DNA of 64,000 nucleotides from an uncultured Methanomicrobiales archaeon (GCA_963758915.1 CAVWXH010000016.1:192001-256000), one strand, 5' to 3'; numbered from the stretch's first letter, positions 10,200 to 20,519 are shown. Numbers and translations: made by a program. Notes: generated by a model from the sequence alone, not told the origin.

Positions 10200-11167
10200 T
10201 AAAAAATCTGCCGGAAGGAACATCTATTGGAGAGATGCGAGCCTCACTGCAGTGGATACTTTCGCATACTGCGCGGTTTGCCGGTCTCGTACTCGTGACA
10301 ATCCAGGGAAGCAGCGGGTTTATCCTGATTAATATGGGTAAACCACTGGCATATTATTTCAGGCACGGTCAAAATGTCCTGAATGGCCACGCTGCATACG
10401 AGTATTTCCAGAGCCAGCCATTTATCCAGTTTGAACTGAGAAAATATACTGCTTTGGAACTGACCCTTGCTCTTGGTCTTGCTTCTGCAACTGAAGTGCC
10501 TGCAGATCAGCCAACACCAGGAAAACAAACAAGCGGAATGGTGAAGGGGCTTGCCGGGATTTCCGCTGAACCTTCACCCGGTGAAACAACTGCTGATAGC
10601 AGTGGTGATGAGATCCCTCGTTCAGTACCAGAAAACAATCTTTCTTCGTTTGAAACGGGTCCGACTGAGTATTCGACGTTTGCTGACGACACAATTCCAT
10701 ATATCGGGGTATCCCAAAACTTCACGTTATCAGAGGATGACGAAAATGACCTCTCACTTTTCCCGCACGTACCCCTCAGGACCATAGGAAAATTGCTGGA
10801 CTCCAAGAAGACCGATGTAGGGGATCTAATCCTTGGGCAGATAATAAACCTTCCCGGTGTGCTGGCGGTCACCATATTCGGGCGTGGAATAAATGTCCTT
10901 TCAATTGGGGAGATCAATCCTGAAAACCTTGTTGACGTAGCAGAGGACCTGATCAACAGCTCAAAAGGACTATCATCCGTCATGCGAACAGGGCCGTTTA
11001 TCCAGGTGACACTCCAGATACCCGCCGGTAATATTATTATCGCTCCCTACTACGATGAATATGTCTGTATTCTTACCAGCCCGGGTATTAATCTTGGACA
11101 GATAAGGAAAATTATCCGGGAACTCCCCGGGATTGAAACCCCCGGGGAAAATGAAGAGGTATTCTGA
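10196..11167 (+). CDS. DUF2226-like N-terminal domain, acidic linker and C-terminal Roadblock-like domain
   Basis: FAGLVLV...GFILINMGKPLAYY N-terminus; C-terminal LPGVLAVTIF...QVTLQIPAGNIIIAP...INLGQIR. Confidence 0.55.
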   Translation: MIKNLPEGTSIGEMRASLQWILSHTARFAGLVLVTIQGSSGFILINMGKPLAYYFRHGQNVLNGHAAYEYFQSQPFIQFELRKYTALELTLALGLASATEVPADQPTPGKQTSGMVKGLAGISAEPSPGETTADSSGDEIPRSVPENNLSSFETGPTEYSTFADDTIPYIGVSQNFTLSEDDENDLSLFPHVPLRTIGKLLDSKKTDVGDLILGQIINLPGVLAVTIFGRGINVLSIGEINPENLVDVAEDLINSSKGLSSVMRTGPFIQVTLQIPAGNIIIAPYYDEYVCILTSPGINLGQIRKIIRELPGIETPGENEEVF

Positions 11168-11820
11168 TGTATACAGTCCTTGTTGTCGATGATAACCCTT
11201 CGATTGTTGATATTTTTGTCAATATGCTTGAGCAGGGAGGGTACCATGTTCTTTCAGCCACTGGTGGTGAAAGAGCGCTTGAAATCCTGAAAACTTCCAG
11301 GCCTGATGTGATCCTCCTTGATATCCTGATGGAACCAATGGACGGGTGGCAGACATTGGAACAGATAAAATCTGGTCCTCAGTCTATGTCGTCTATTCCA
11401 GTTATGATGCTGACTGCAAAACCCCTGAGTCCTGACGAAGCTAAAAAATTCGGGCTTTCCATCGAGGACTATATTAATAAACCTATCACCCGCCGGGCCC
11501 TCTATGGTGCAATAGAACGCTTTTTTCAGCGTCGCGACCGCATGGAGACCCATATGCAGATTGCGGGAGAAAGTGGCGCAACCCCGGAAACCCTGAAGGA
11601 ATACAGGATGCTGTGTCGGGCTACCGATGTCCAGAAACGGCTTCTTCGTATTCTTGAACACCTTGCGATAAACGATAACCTTGAACCGGGAAAATACGAA
11701 GAAATTACCTCGGCGGTCAGGGATATGAAAGAGAGTCTGGCCGGGAAAAACGAACGGCTTGAGGAGATAAGGCGCCAGTTCTTTGATCTCGGGATAACGC
11801 CTGATGAGGTGCAGCCGTGA
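11167..11820 (+). CDS. Response regulator with C-terminal coiled coil
   Basis: VVDDN, DVILLDILMEPMDG, MLTAK, INKP. Confidence 0.88.
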   Translation: MYTVLVVDDNPSIVDIFVNMLEQGGYHVLSATGGERALEILKTSRPDVILLDILMEPMDGWQTLEQIKSGPQSMSSIPVMMLTAKPLSPDEAKKFGLSIEDYINKPITRRALYGAIERFFQRRDRMETHMQIAGESGATPETLKEYRMLCRATDVQKRLLRILEHLAINDNLEPGKYEEITSAVRDMKESLAGKNERLEEIRRQFFDLGITPDEVQP

Positions 11821-12001
11821 TGCAGTCTGTCCAGGCCCCAAGGTCCAGATTCTATCACCTCTTCAACCGGATTTCCCAAAATAATCCCCGGGAAGCGATA
11901 ATGAGGGCAATCTACCTACGGTTTTCACGGGTAGTACCCTGTATGGATAAAGGATTAAATCGTATTATCCCGTTTTTCTTCTACCCTGGGACCTGATTCT
12001 G

Positions 12002-12670
12002 ATGAATAGTCAGCTCATACCGGTATCAGAGCTCTCTTCAGCTGCAGGATGCCCGGTCAGGGTATTTTTTAACCGGTCAAACCCATGGGTAGAACCTTCC
12101 GAGTACACTATATGTAAGCAGATTTCCTACCACCTTGGAGGCTGCATTGAAAGAGACGAGATATGGCAGGAGATCTGCAGGGTGGCGCCAGGAATTGATC
12201 CATCGTATAGATCGTATTATGATACCTGTGTCGATCACTGTTGCAATAAGGAATGGAGGGTTGCATCCGAGCATGATCTTTTTGTAACGTCCGATCGTTT
12301 CGGGATCTGCGGGACAATTGACAGAATTTATACTGATGCTCCCTTCTTTTCAATAACCCGGTCTGTGAAACCACCGGTCCTGGGTATTTATCCGGGTGAC
12401 CGGATGCGGGTGCTGGGCTATGCCCTCTGCCTGTCGGAACTATCAGGGATGGAGTTGCGTGGAGCTTCAATAGACTATATTCCAGGAGGAATAAGCCGCT
12501 ATTATGAGATCCAACCCCGTGATATGAGGAGGTTTTACACGATACGAAAGGTTCTGGCAAATATGAATGCGGGGAGTGTCCCGAAAAAACCTCTCAATGC
12601 CCCGTGTGATGCCTGCTATTACCAGGGGCGATGTGACCCCGGGCCTACCCGGCTTTCAGACCGGTTCTGA
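12002..12670 (+). CDS. Solo Cas4/Dna2-like PD-(D/E)xK-fold protein
   Basis: N-terminal CP plus C-terminal CxxCxxxxxC (Fe-S), GTIDRI, and GYA at the QxxxY position. Confidence 0.7.
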   Translation: MNSQLIPVSELSSAAGCPVRVFFNRSNPWVEPSEYTICKQISYHLGGCIERDEIWQEICRVAPGIDPSYRSYYDTCVDHCCNKEWRVASEHDLFVTSDRFGICGTIDRIYTDAPFFSITRSVKPPVLGIYPGDRMRVLGYALCLSELSGMELRGASIDYIPGGISRYYEIQPRDMRRFYTIRKVLANMNAGSVPKKPLNAPCDACYYQGRCDPGPTRLSDRF

Positions 12671-12755
12671 CCTGACAAACCATAACAATAACAATCTGTT
12701 TTTTTATGTGGACCCCCGCCGGGAAATGGGCTACCTGCCGTGGATGTATCTCTTT

Positions 12756-13679
12756 TTACTGCTCTAACAGGGTAATGGACTTGATATATTCACCCCTTGC
12801 TTCCCGGGTAGTACCCACGATCAACCAGTATTCGTTCCCGTGGCGTTCGCATATCCCCTGAGCCATAATCCTCTCGCCACGGACTGCCTGTCCGCTATAG
12901 GTGTGGGTAAACGAGAGCACCCTGGAAACTTTTTCGTGTGAAACAGAATATACTGCAGGATTATCGTATGCATATGTGGCATCGGTTACCATGGCTTCGA
13001 TAGTCATTGGCCCGATGATTTCCCCTTTTACAGAAACGGCACTGCCGATCTCCCCATAGCCCCGGGAATACAGAAGATCAAAGTACGTCCCTTCAATCTG
13101 TCCACGGTTCCATTTTCGTTTTTCGTGAATAATAAAATCCTCAAAGGAAATCTCCGGCCTGCGTTTCCTGTATACCGTTTCCCAGAGTTCTTCGCTCATC
13201 GGTTCAAGCAGTCCTTTTCCTACGGACGAGATTAGTTGTTCGCGGGCTGCAAACCAGTCCCTGCCGTATACAATAAAATCAATATCCGAAGATTCTATCT
13301 CCAGCCCACAGAGAAGTGACCCTGTACACCCCATTGATGAAACAGGGACATTAAATAACTTCATAAGTCTTCTTACACGGGGGTCTCTGGATACAATGGA
13401 AGGGAGTTCAATTTCCGGTTTGTAAATCCTTTTCACATCGGTTGGAGGGACCCGGTGCATAACGTCCAGATAGTGCGGTTTTCTCTCTTCGATTAATTTA
13501 AACGCTGGTTCAAAATCAAGTTTCTGGTAACGTGTACCCGTCCTGCTAATTCTGTCTCCGTGAGGATCTGGTATGTAACGTAAAATGCAACCAATACGTT
13601 CGGTATTGTCGTAGGTAGATACCGCATAGAGCCACCCGTCATAGTCTTCGATAAAGTCGCGGAGCCTTAGTGGCAGCAT
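12756..13679 (-). CDS. Pol-beta superfamily nucleotidyltransferase (archaeal COG1665-like)
   Basis: GCTGSLL...SDIDFIVYG motif; N-terminal RLRDF. Confidence 0.75.
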   Translation of the reverse strand: MLPLRLRDFIEDYDGWLYAVSTYDNTERIGCILRYIPDPHGDRISRTGTRYQKLDFEPAFKLIEERKPHYLDVMHRVPPTDVKRIYKPEIELPSIVSRDPRVRRLMKLFNVPVSSMGCTGSLLCGLEIESSDIDFIVYGRDWFAAREQLISSVGKGLLEPMSEELWETVYRKRRPEISFEDFIIHEKRKWNRGQIEGTYFDLLYSRGYGEIGSAVSVKGEIIGPMTIEAMVTDATYAYDNPAVYSVSHEKVSRVLSFTHTYSGQAVRGERIMAQGICERHGNEYWLIVGTTREARGEYIKSITLLEQ

Positions 13680-13685
13680 CCGGGT

Positions 13686-14261
13686 TCACTCCATCATTGA
13701 GAGGTAATTCCTGACCTCTCCGATAAGTGCACCTTCACGGATAATGCACCGGTTCACTAAATCTACCACCGTGCTCGGTGTCCCGGGAAGAATTCCCCCG
13801 TCAATAAGAATATCATACGGGACATGGCATTCACCCGGGGTTATGGGGTCCTTTGCCCCGGACTGGTTTGCACTGGTAGCGGTAACAGGCGAATCGAAAC
13901 GGGAAATCAGGTCGATTGCAACAGGATGTGCCGGATACCGGACACCGATCATCCCTGTCCCAACGGTCAGCATCGCGGGGAGATATGAGCGTGCTTTAAC
14001 AATGACGGTAACGGGTCCGGGTAAAAATTTATTGATGAAGTCCTCTTCACGCGGGCCGATTTGAGTTACCGCGGCCATCATATCCAAATCAGAAACGGCA
14101 ATCGACAGTGGCATTGAAAGGGGTCGGTTTTTTGCCTCATAAACCTTGAGGATTGCGTCTTCGGAAAACGCGTCACCACCCAGACCATAAATCGTTTCGG
14201 TTGGGTAGACTACCAGTCCATCTGTCATCAAAGCTTTGACAGCTTTTTCTATTATATCCAT
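13686..14261 (-). CDS. sua5: L-threonylcarbamoyladenylate synthase (Sua5/TsaC family)
   Basis: YPTETIYGL, AKNRP, PGPVT, TSANQSG, PSTVVD. Confidence 0.92.
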   Translation of the reverse strand: MDIIEKAVKALMTDGLVVYPTETIYGLGGDAFSEDAILKVYEAKNRPLSMPLSIAVSDLDMMAAVTQIGPREEDFINKFLPGPVTVIVKARSYLPAMLTVGTGMIGVRYPAHPVAIDLISRFDSPVTATSANQSGAKDPITPGECHVPYDILIDGGILPGTPSTVVDLVNRCIIREGALIGEVRNYLSMME

Positions 14262-14942
14262 CTAGAACTCCCTGCCGCGGACCCTGTTGATATCGAATAC
14301 TGCCTTACTGCTGACATGCATGACCGCAAAAACTCCTGCCTGTATCGGGTCAGTGACCACGAGGTCGGCATGTTCAGGTACACTCCCTGCCATCTTCAGA
14401 GCGATAACCGGGATCCCCGCTTCCCGGACGCGGTCGACGGCGATTGAAATCTCTCCCCCCATTAATGATCCTGCAAGTACGAGGATAGCTGCCCTTGGAA
14501 GCCTTGCTACCGCATCGACTGCCTGTGCCACAGTTCGTTCACCTACGAGTGGTATGGTATCGACAGAGATCCGTTCTCCTCTGATATTATGCCGGTCAGC
14601 TTCATTTACGGCGCCAAGTGCGACCTGAGCAACCTGGGCTCCACCACCTATGATTATGACCCTGGTCCCGAAAATGTTGGAAAATGGTTTATAGGGCTTT
14701 ACACCCTTCACCGATGGAATCCCTTCCAGCTCACCGATCAGCTCTTCAAAATCAGACCCGCCTTCGTACTCGACATATATCTCTGCGAGGCGGTTCATCG
14801 GTCCCGATTCAAAGACCTCCTGGTGTATCATCATGATATTTGCATCATGACAGGCGACAACGGTGGTGATATCCCGAAGTACACCTTTGGTATTCTCTGC
14901 AATAATCCTGATAGCAAAAAGTTCGTGTTCGTGTTCAGGCAT
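14262..14942 (-). CDS. ACT domain plus DUF5612 protein (methanogen-conserved)
   Basis: N-terminal ACT (ENTKGVLRDIT); GGGAQVAQVA, EADRHNIRGERISVDTIP. Confidence 0.8.
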   Translation of the reverse strand: MPEHEHELFAIRIIAENTKGVLRDITTVVACHDANIMMIHQEVFESGPMNRLAEIYVEYEGGSDFEELIGELEGIPSVKGVKPYKPFSNIFGTRVIIIGGGAQVAQVALGAVNEADRHNIRGERISVDTIPLVGERTVAQAVDAVARLPRAAILVLAGSLMGGEISIAVDRVREAGIPVIALKMAGSVPEHADLVVTDPIQAGVFAVMHVSSKAVFDINRVRGREF

Positions 14943-14949
14943 AAATAGA

Positions 14950-15020
14950 TGCGATAACCGGGGATCGAACCCGGGTTAGAAGCTTGGGAAGCTCCTGTCC
15001 TACCGCTAGACTATTATCGC
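14950..15020 (-). tRNA. tRNA-Gly(CCC)
   Basis: Reverse complement GCGATAATAGTCTAGCGGTAGGACAGGAGCTT-CCC-AAGCTTCTAACCCGGGTTCGATCCCCGGTTATCGCA. Confidence 0.95.
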
Positions 15021-15166
15021 GAAGATTTCACTACGGTATTGTTTGTTTGGACTGATAAAGGTTATTTTATCGGGCTAGGAGGTATCTGGTATCAATGATT
15101 GAATTCTATGGGCAAGAAAAAATTATCTGCTGATTTGTTGAACAATAAATTTGCAGGTCCCCTTTT

Positions 15167-16087
15167 TTACGGGCGTTTTGGTGAATGTATCTTCTGTAAT
15201 TCATACATAACCTCGCGATGATATCCAAGAAGCATATCGCTGATTACGCCAAACATGAAAACCTGGAATCCCACGACAACTAACAAAACGGTAAGAACGG
15301 TAAGAGGCAGGTGATCAATGCCACGGAACCATTCGAAAAGAACATACGTCCCGGTAATAAATCCTGCAATCATGATTATTACACCGATTAAACCAAAATA
15401 GAACATCGGGTTGTTACTTTTTGCAAGCTTATATATGGTTGTCGTAATTTTCAGACCGTCGTGGAACGGGTTTAATTTTGTATTGGTACCGGGTCTTTTA
15501 AAATACCTGATTGGTACAATTTTGATGTTCTGGTCATTTCGTACTGCTTCCGCAGATATCTCGGTCTCAATCTCAAAACCCGTCTCTTTCAGGTGAAGCT
15601 GTTTAATTGACTGAATGGTAAACGCCCGGTATCCTGAAAGGATATCAGATAAGTATTTTCCCTGTGCCAGTTTGAAAAGCCGGTTGATAAGCTGGTTGCC
15701 AAATAAATTGAGCCTTGAAAATGCGGGTTGGTTATCCGGGATCAGCCGGTTCCCAATCACCTGGTCATATCCTTCTAACAGGGGTGCAAGCATGTTTTCT
15801 GCATCCTTTGGTGAGTATGTACCATCACCATCCAGCATCAGGATATAGGGTGAATCGATAGCATGAAATGCTTCTATCAGGGCATTTCCTTTACCCTTTG
15901 CAGACTGCACCATCACCCGTGCGCCGGACTCCGTAGCGATCTCGCGGGTTGCATCACGGCTGTTTCCGTCCATGACTACGATAGTGGGATAACCCAGCCC
16001 TTTGAATTCATTAATAAGGTCCCTGATCGTCGGGGCCTCATTTAATGTCGGGATAAGGATGCAGACCTTATCTTTTTCAATATTCAT
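15167..16087 (-). CDS. aglJ: GT2 glycosyltransferase, AglJ-like (S-layer N-glycosylation)
   Basis: IPTLNE, DGNSRD, LDGDGTY, GFEIETE, two C-terminal TM helices. Confidence 0.8.
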   Translation of the reverse strand: MNIEKDKVCILIPTLNEAPTIRDLINEFKGLGYPTIVVMDGNSRDATREIATESGARVMVQSAKGKGNALIEAFHAIDSPYILMLDGDGTYSPKDAENMLAPLLEGYDQVIGNRLIPDNQPAFSRLNLFGNQLINRLFKLAQGKYLSDILSGYRAFTIQSIKQLHLKETGFEIETEISAEAVRNDQNIKIVPIRYFKRPGTNTKLNPFHDGLKITTTIYKLAKSNNPMFYFGLIGVIIMIAGFITGTYVLFEWFRGIDHLPLTVLTVLLVVVGFQVFMFGVISDMLLGYHREVMYELQKIHSPKRP

Positions 16088-16125
16088 TCAATTACTATAT
16101 TAGATTCATCGACATAAGTGCTTTC

Positions 16126-16695
16126 ATGCATATCTCCAAAAAAGGAATCCGGGCACTGGGTATTGCCGAGAGTTATTCCGGGAGAGAGCAGTCGGTCATC
16201 TGTGGTGTCGCAATGAGGAAAGACCTCAGGATAGATGGTGTCGGGTTTGGGACTGTCACCGTCGGAGGTTCAGATGCAACAGATTCTATACTATCCCTGG
16301 TTAGAAAACTTGCGAGGAGCGATATAAACGTTCTTCTTCTTGGTGGATGCCTTATATCATGGTATAACATTATTGATCCCCTGCGATTGTATAAAGAACT
16401 GAATTTACCCGTTATTTGTGTCACCTACGAGGCATCAGAAGGTCTTACGGAGGATATTGAAAAATATTTTCCAGGTGATTCAGACCGCATTTCAATGTAC
16501 ATGCTTCTTGGTGAACGATTTCCTGTGCTGCTAAAAACCGGCAGGACGATTTATCTCCGCTCCTGGGGGATCACTGATGCGGATGCTGCAAAGATATGTG
16601 ATGATTTCACACTGGATGGCAAAGTTCCGGAGCCCGTAAGGGTGGCAAGACTGAGTGCCCGGGCTTTTATGCGATATGGCTATAACTTGAAATAA
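16126..16695 (+). CDS. DUF99 family (endonuclease V-like) protein
   Basis: RALGIAES, DATD, ISWYNIID, KVPEPVRVA. Confidence 0.8.
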   Translation: MHISKKGIRALGIAESYSGREQSVICGVAMRKDLRIDGVGFGTVTVGGSDATDSILSLVRKLARSDINVLLLGGCLISWYNIIDPLRLYKELNLPVICVTYEASEGLTEDIEKYFPGDSDRISMYMLLGERFPVLLKTGRTIYLRSWGITDADAAKICDDFTLDGKVPEPVRVARLSARAFMRYGYNLK

Positions 16696-17176
16696 GGGCG
16701 CCTGAAGGCTTTTGGTAGACTTCAAACCTGATGGAGTCTCCCGGGTGAAAGGTACCGTCAGTAAAGTCAATCATGATTTGTTCACCAGGCTCCCACCATG
16801 TCCCTGTACACCCTGAGCCCCCCATTGTCTGAATTCCGATGTGGACAGTAGGTATGAAATTATGGCCGTTCATGGTACTGATGCGGCAATCCAGTTTTTG
16901 GTTATTTCTAAAAAATGAAGCCCTGAGGCGGTCATTCTCCAGTCTCTCTGTACCATGATGATAGAGGAGAACCCTGCTGTCGTAGTTTATTGTCCCTGCT
17001 TCATTTGTGCTGTATACTTTTTTTATTTCCAGGAATGAGGGTGGTTTGTATATCTCCATATCTGGCATCTGAAACATAAGATAGGCCAGCATGGCGAGCA
17101 GAATAGTGATTGTTACCATTAGTATTACTGCAATTGAGTGGGAAGACCCGTCTTCCGTGTTTATTCGCCGGTGCAT
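16667..17176 (-). CDS. Archaeal type IV pilin-like protein (class III signal peptide)
   Basis: RR..EDG|SSHSIAVILMVTITILLA resembles the DUF1628 pilin N-terminus. Confidence 0.7.
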   Translation of the reverse strand: MHRRINTEDGSSHSIAVILMVTITILLAMLAYLMFQMPDMEIYKPPSFLEIKKVYSTNEAGTINYDSRVLLYHHGTERLENDRLRASFFRNNQKLDCRISTMNGHNFIPTVHIGIQTMGGSGCTGTWWEPGEQIMIDFTDGTFHPGDSIRFEVYQKPSGALISSYSHIA

Positions 17177-17384
17177 ATGCAAAGTACCAGATGTTGCCGG
17201 GTATTTGGAGATTAAGGTATTGAAATTATTCGGAAAATGCAAGTCCGGGCTGGAAATGGAATCCAGAGATTATTATGGACAATCTATATTGTGAAATGAA
17301 TCGGAATAACCTGGTCCAAAAATCCCTGTCAGTGGGAATCAGCATCAGGGTTATTCTTATCCCAATAAAAAAAAGTGAAAATGT

Positions 17385-17717
17385 TTATTCTTCTTCAATT
17401 TCCCCTGTCCTCACGCGGATCGATTTGGTGACAGGGGATACGAAGATTCTCCCGTCACCAATTTTACCTGTCCGTGCAGCATTGATAATGAGGTCCAGGA
17501 TCATCTGGAGGTCTTTGTCCTTCACCACTACTTCCACTTTACATTTCGGAATAAGGTCGACAGTAATTTCCCCACCCCGGTACTGGAGCACGATCCCTTT
17601 CTGGTCTCCACGTCCCTGGACGTCTGAAACGGTCAGGCCGTAAATTTTGTTCTCTTCAAGCGCTTTTTTTACGAATTCAAACCGTTCAGGTTTTATTATT
17701 GCTTCGATTTTTTGCAT
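17385..17717 (-). CDS. glnK: P-II nitrogen regulator GlnK (copy 1)
   Basis: KIEAIIKP, GRGDQKG, TGKIGDGRIFV, RVRTGE; GAGGTGA Shine-Dalgarno upstream. Confidence 0.95.
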   Translation of the reverse strand: MQKIEAIIKPERFEFVKKALEENKIYGLTVSDVQGRGDQKGIVLQYRGGEITVDLIPKCKVEVVVKDKDLQMILDLIINAARTGKIGDGRIFVSPVTKSIRVRTGEIEEE

Positions 17718-17727
17718 CTGGTTCACC

Positions 17728-18936
17728 TCATGCATTTATCCGTTCGCCGTGTTGGGAGATATCCAGTCCCACATATTCTTCATCTTCCGTTACACGCAGC
17801 CCCATGAATTTGTCAACGACCCATGCAAGCACATACGTGACCCCGAAGGCGTAAATCAGTGCTGCAAATGCTGCTACTGCATTAATGATAAACTGGTTGA
17901 CATTTCCTTCAAGAAGGCCGGAATACCCATTCACTGCGGCTGCTGCAAAGATACCTGTTGCAAGAGCTCCCCATAGACCGCCCATACCATGGATTGCCCA
18001 TGCATCACAACTTTCATCGAGACCTTTCCTCATCCGGAAGAGCATTGCACCATAACATACGAGACCTGCAATCACTCCGATAACAATTGATGCCATTGGG
18101 GTCACATAGCCGGACGCAGGAGTAATTGCTACAAGACCGGCAATTGCGCCTGATATCATCCCCAGAGAACTTGGTTTCCCATGGTACCAGCTTGCAAACA
18201 TCCATGCCAGGGCACCTGCAGCGGCTGCCGTGTTCGTGACGACAAATGCATTCGCAGCAAGACCATTGGCTGCAATTGCACTGCCTGCGTTAAACCCGAA
18301 CCAGCCGAACCAGAGTAACGCTGCCCCGAGCAGGGTCATCGGTATGTTATGCGGCTCCATCATGTACTTGCCGTAACCTGAACGGGCCCCGATTACAAGG
18401 GCAATGGCGAGTGCTCCGAAACCGGAACTGATATGTACAACAGTACCTCCGGCGAAATCAAGTGCACCCATCTGTTGTGCCCATCCACCACCCCATACCC
18501 AGTGTGCGAGAGGATCGTACACAAGTGTGGTCCACAGTAGCGCGAATACTATGAAGGATGAGAGTTTAACCCGTTCGGCCATCCCGGATGTTAATATTGC
18601 CATTGTAACTGTTGCGAAGGTCAGCTGGAAGATCATGTAGAGTAATCCAGGAATTGCGGGACTATATGGTCCGGCCTCCATCCCTACTCCTTCGAGACCA
18701 AGATTTGAAAGGTTGCCAATGAAACCCCCTGTGTCCCCGCCGAACACCAGAGAATATCCAATTAATACCCACTGGATACTGACAAGTGCAAACGCGACGA
18801 ATGCGAGTGCAATCATCGAGATAAAATTTTTCCTGCGTACCAGCCCGCCGTAGAAGAACCCTACACCGGGTGTCATGAGCATTACCAGTGCCGTAGCTGC
18901 AAGGAGCCAGGCCGTTGTTCCCGTATCGATTGCCAT
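17728..18936 (-). CDS. amt: Ammonium transporter (copy 1)
   Basis: [22 protein letters not shown] (twin His). Confidence 0.96.
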   Translation of the reverse strand: MAIDTGTTAWLLAATALVMLMTPGVGFFYGGLVRRKNFISMIALAFVAFALVSIQWVLIGYSLVFGGDTGGFIGNLSNLGLEGVGMEAGPYSPAIPGLLYMIFQLTFATVTMAILTSGMAERVKLSSFIVFALLWTTLVYDPLAHWVWGGGWAQQMGALDFAGGTVVHISSGFGALAIALVIGARSGYGKYMMEPHNIPMTLLGAALLWFGWFGFNAGSAIAANGLAANAFVVTNTAAAAGALAWMFASWYHGKPSSLGMISGAIAGLVAITPASGYVTPMASIVIGVIAGLVCYGAMLFRMRKGLDESCDAWAIHGMGGLWGALATGIFAAAAVNGYSGLLEGNVNQFIINAVAAFAALIYAFGVTYVLAWVVDKFMGLRVTEDEEYVGLDISQHGERINA

Positions 18937-19129
18937 GTAATTTTCACCATCCTGTTGAACGAAATGTAGTGTACGTAATTAATTTTAGTTTTTCTTCAGG
19001 AGTTAATTGAGATTCTGTCCAATTCTGGAGTTAGGAATTGTTATCAGAGGAGGGACCGGAGAGGTGAATATCCTGATACTTACCTTTAGCCGGGGTATCG
19101 GGGTTTAATTGGTACCTCCTCTGGTAGAA

Positions 19130-19156
19130 GGAAGTTATGTTTCTATCATTATATAA
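19130..19156 (-). promoter_or_regulatory. amt1 promoter: TATA box and NrpR-like operator
   Basis: GGAA-GTTATG-TTTC at 19130-19143 (one mismatch to GGAA-N6-TTCC), 5 nt from TTATATAA at 19149-19156. Confidence 0.65.
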
Positions 19157-19308
19157 TATTTTGTTTTGTTCAAAATTTAAACCTGATAAATGAGAAATTT
19201 TTACTCGTCTAATAAGAAAATCGCGCGGTAAGTGTCCTTATAGTAACTATACTATCCGGTATTTTCCGATACAATTTTTTTCAATAAAAAAAGAAATTTT
19301 TCTTTGAT

Positions 19309-19665
19309 TTAGATATCCAGAATTGTGCGTAATTTTTTTTCGATATGGATACTGATCGGGTAATAACCGGGAATTTCGGTTTCTTCTTCCCGGTAGAGAA
19401 CGGCCTCATCAATATCTTCATCGGTAATGCCATATTGACTGTGGTCAATCACCTCCATCGAATAAAGGCTGCCTCCCGATATGTTTAACCTGCATATTGT
19501 CGGGTCATCCCCGCCTGACCGGATATAATAATATGATGACCCGATATAACTCTCCCGGCGGTCAGAAAGCCACTCGAGGACTTCTGAATAACGCATCGGG
19601 TCCTGAGGCCCCGACCATTCACTGTTATATGCCATATTTCCAGTTGATTTAAACACTTCGACCAT
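19309..19665 (-). CDS. Hypothetical protein inside the nitrogen island
   Basis: 118-aa ORF with strong AGGAGGT Shine-Dalgarno; family not recognised. Confidence 0.7.
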   Translation of the reverse strand: MVEVFKSTGNMAYNSEWSGPQDPMRYSEVLEWLSDRRESYIGSSYYYIRSGGDDPTICRLNISGGSLYSMEVIDHSQYGITDEDIDEAVLYREEETEIPGYYPISIHIEKKLRTILDI

Positions 19666-19712
19666 TTTTATTACCTCCTTCTGACTCTTTAGTTCCGCTG
19701 CTGTACCGCACT

Positions 19713-19935
19713 AAAAAAGACCCGCTATCACCGGATGTTATCGTACCGATCACGGGTAGTGGTCTATGGGGTGGACCGGAAAAAATGTCCCGCCTTTATT
19801 GATTTTATGTATAGGCACCCCCCCGTCTGAACCAATCCGTTGATTTCCAGGTGACAAGAACCCCCTTGTAGAACCGGGATTGTTTTCTGCCTGGGGTAGC
19901 GGGTCGGCTGATAAGTAAAACCAACAGGGAAGATA
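19713..19935 (-). ncRNA. Candidate structured sRNA or leader RNA
   Basis: 9-bp terminal stem (19719-19727 with 19897-19905), internal hairpins, U6 tract at 3' end, upstream TATA and operator. Confidence 0.3.
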
Positions 19936-19938
19936 GAA

Positions 19939-19967
19939 AGAAGAGTATTTCTTATAGTATTATATAA
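19939..19967 (-). promoter_or_regulatory. TATA box and NrpR-like palindrome
   Basis: AGAA-GAGTAT-TTCT at 19939-19952; TTATATAA at 19960-19967. Confidence 0.5.
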
Positions 19968-20177
19968 TTATTTACTTATTTGTACAACTAGGAGTAAATA
20001 TAAAAACTATCCGTGTTTTTTGCGACTTGCTGGAACTTATTTTTAGTATTTCGCCACATTTTTAACAGATAAAACTAAAACAGAGTTAATCCGGGGAAAG
20101 TTGGAGAATAATCCCCGGATTAATGTGTGTAGAGAGCACTACACGAGAGAGTTTGGGAGGATGATATGGGTTACATA

Positions 20178-20519
<342 letters not shown>

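Noticed and set aside
11820-12760. CRISPR-Cas locus around the cas4-like gene
   Set aside because: No repeat-spacer array or other cas genes were seen in the window.
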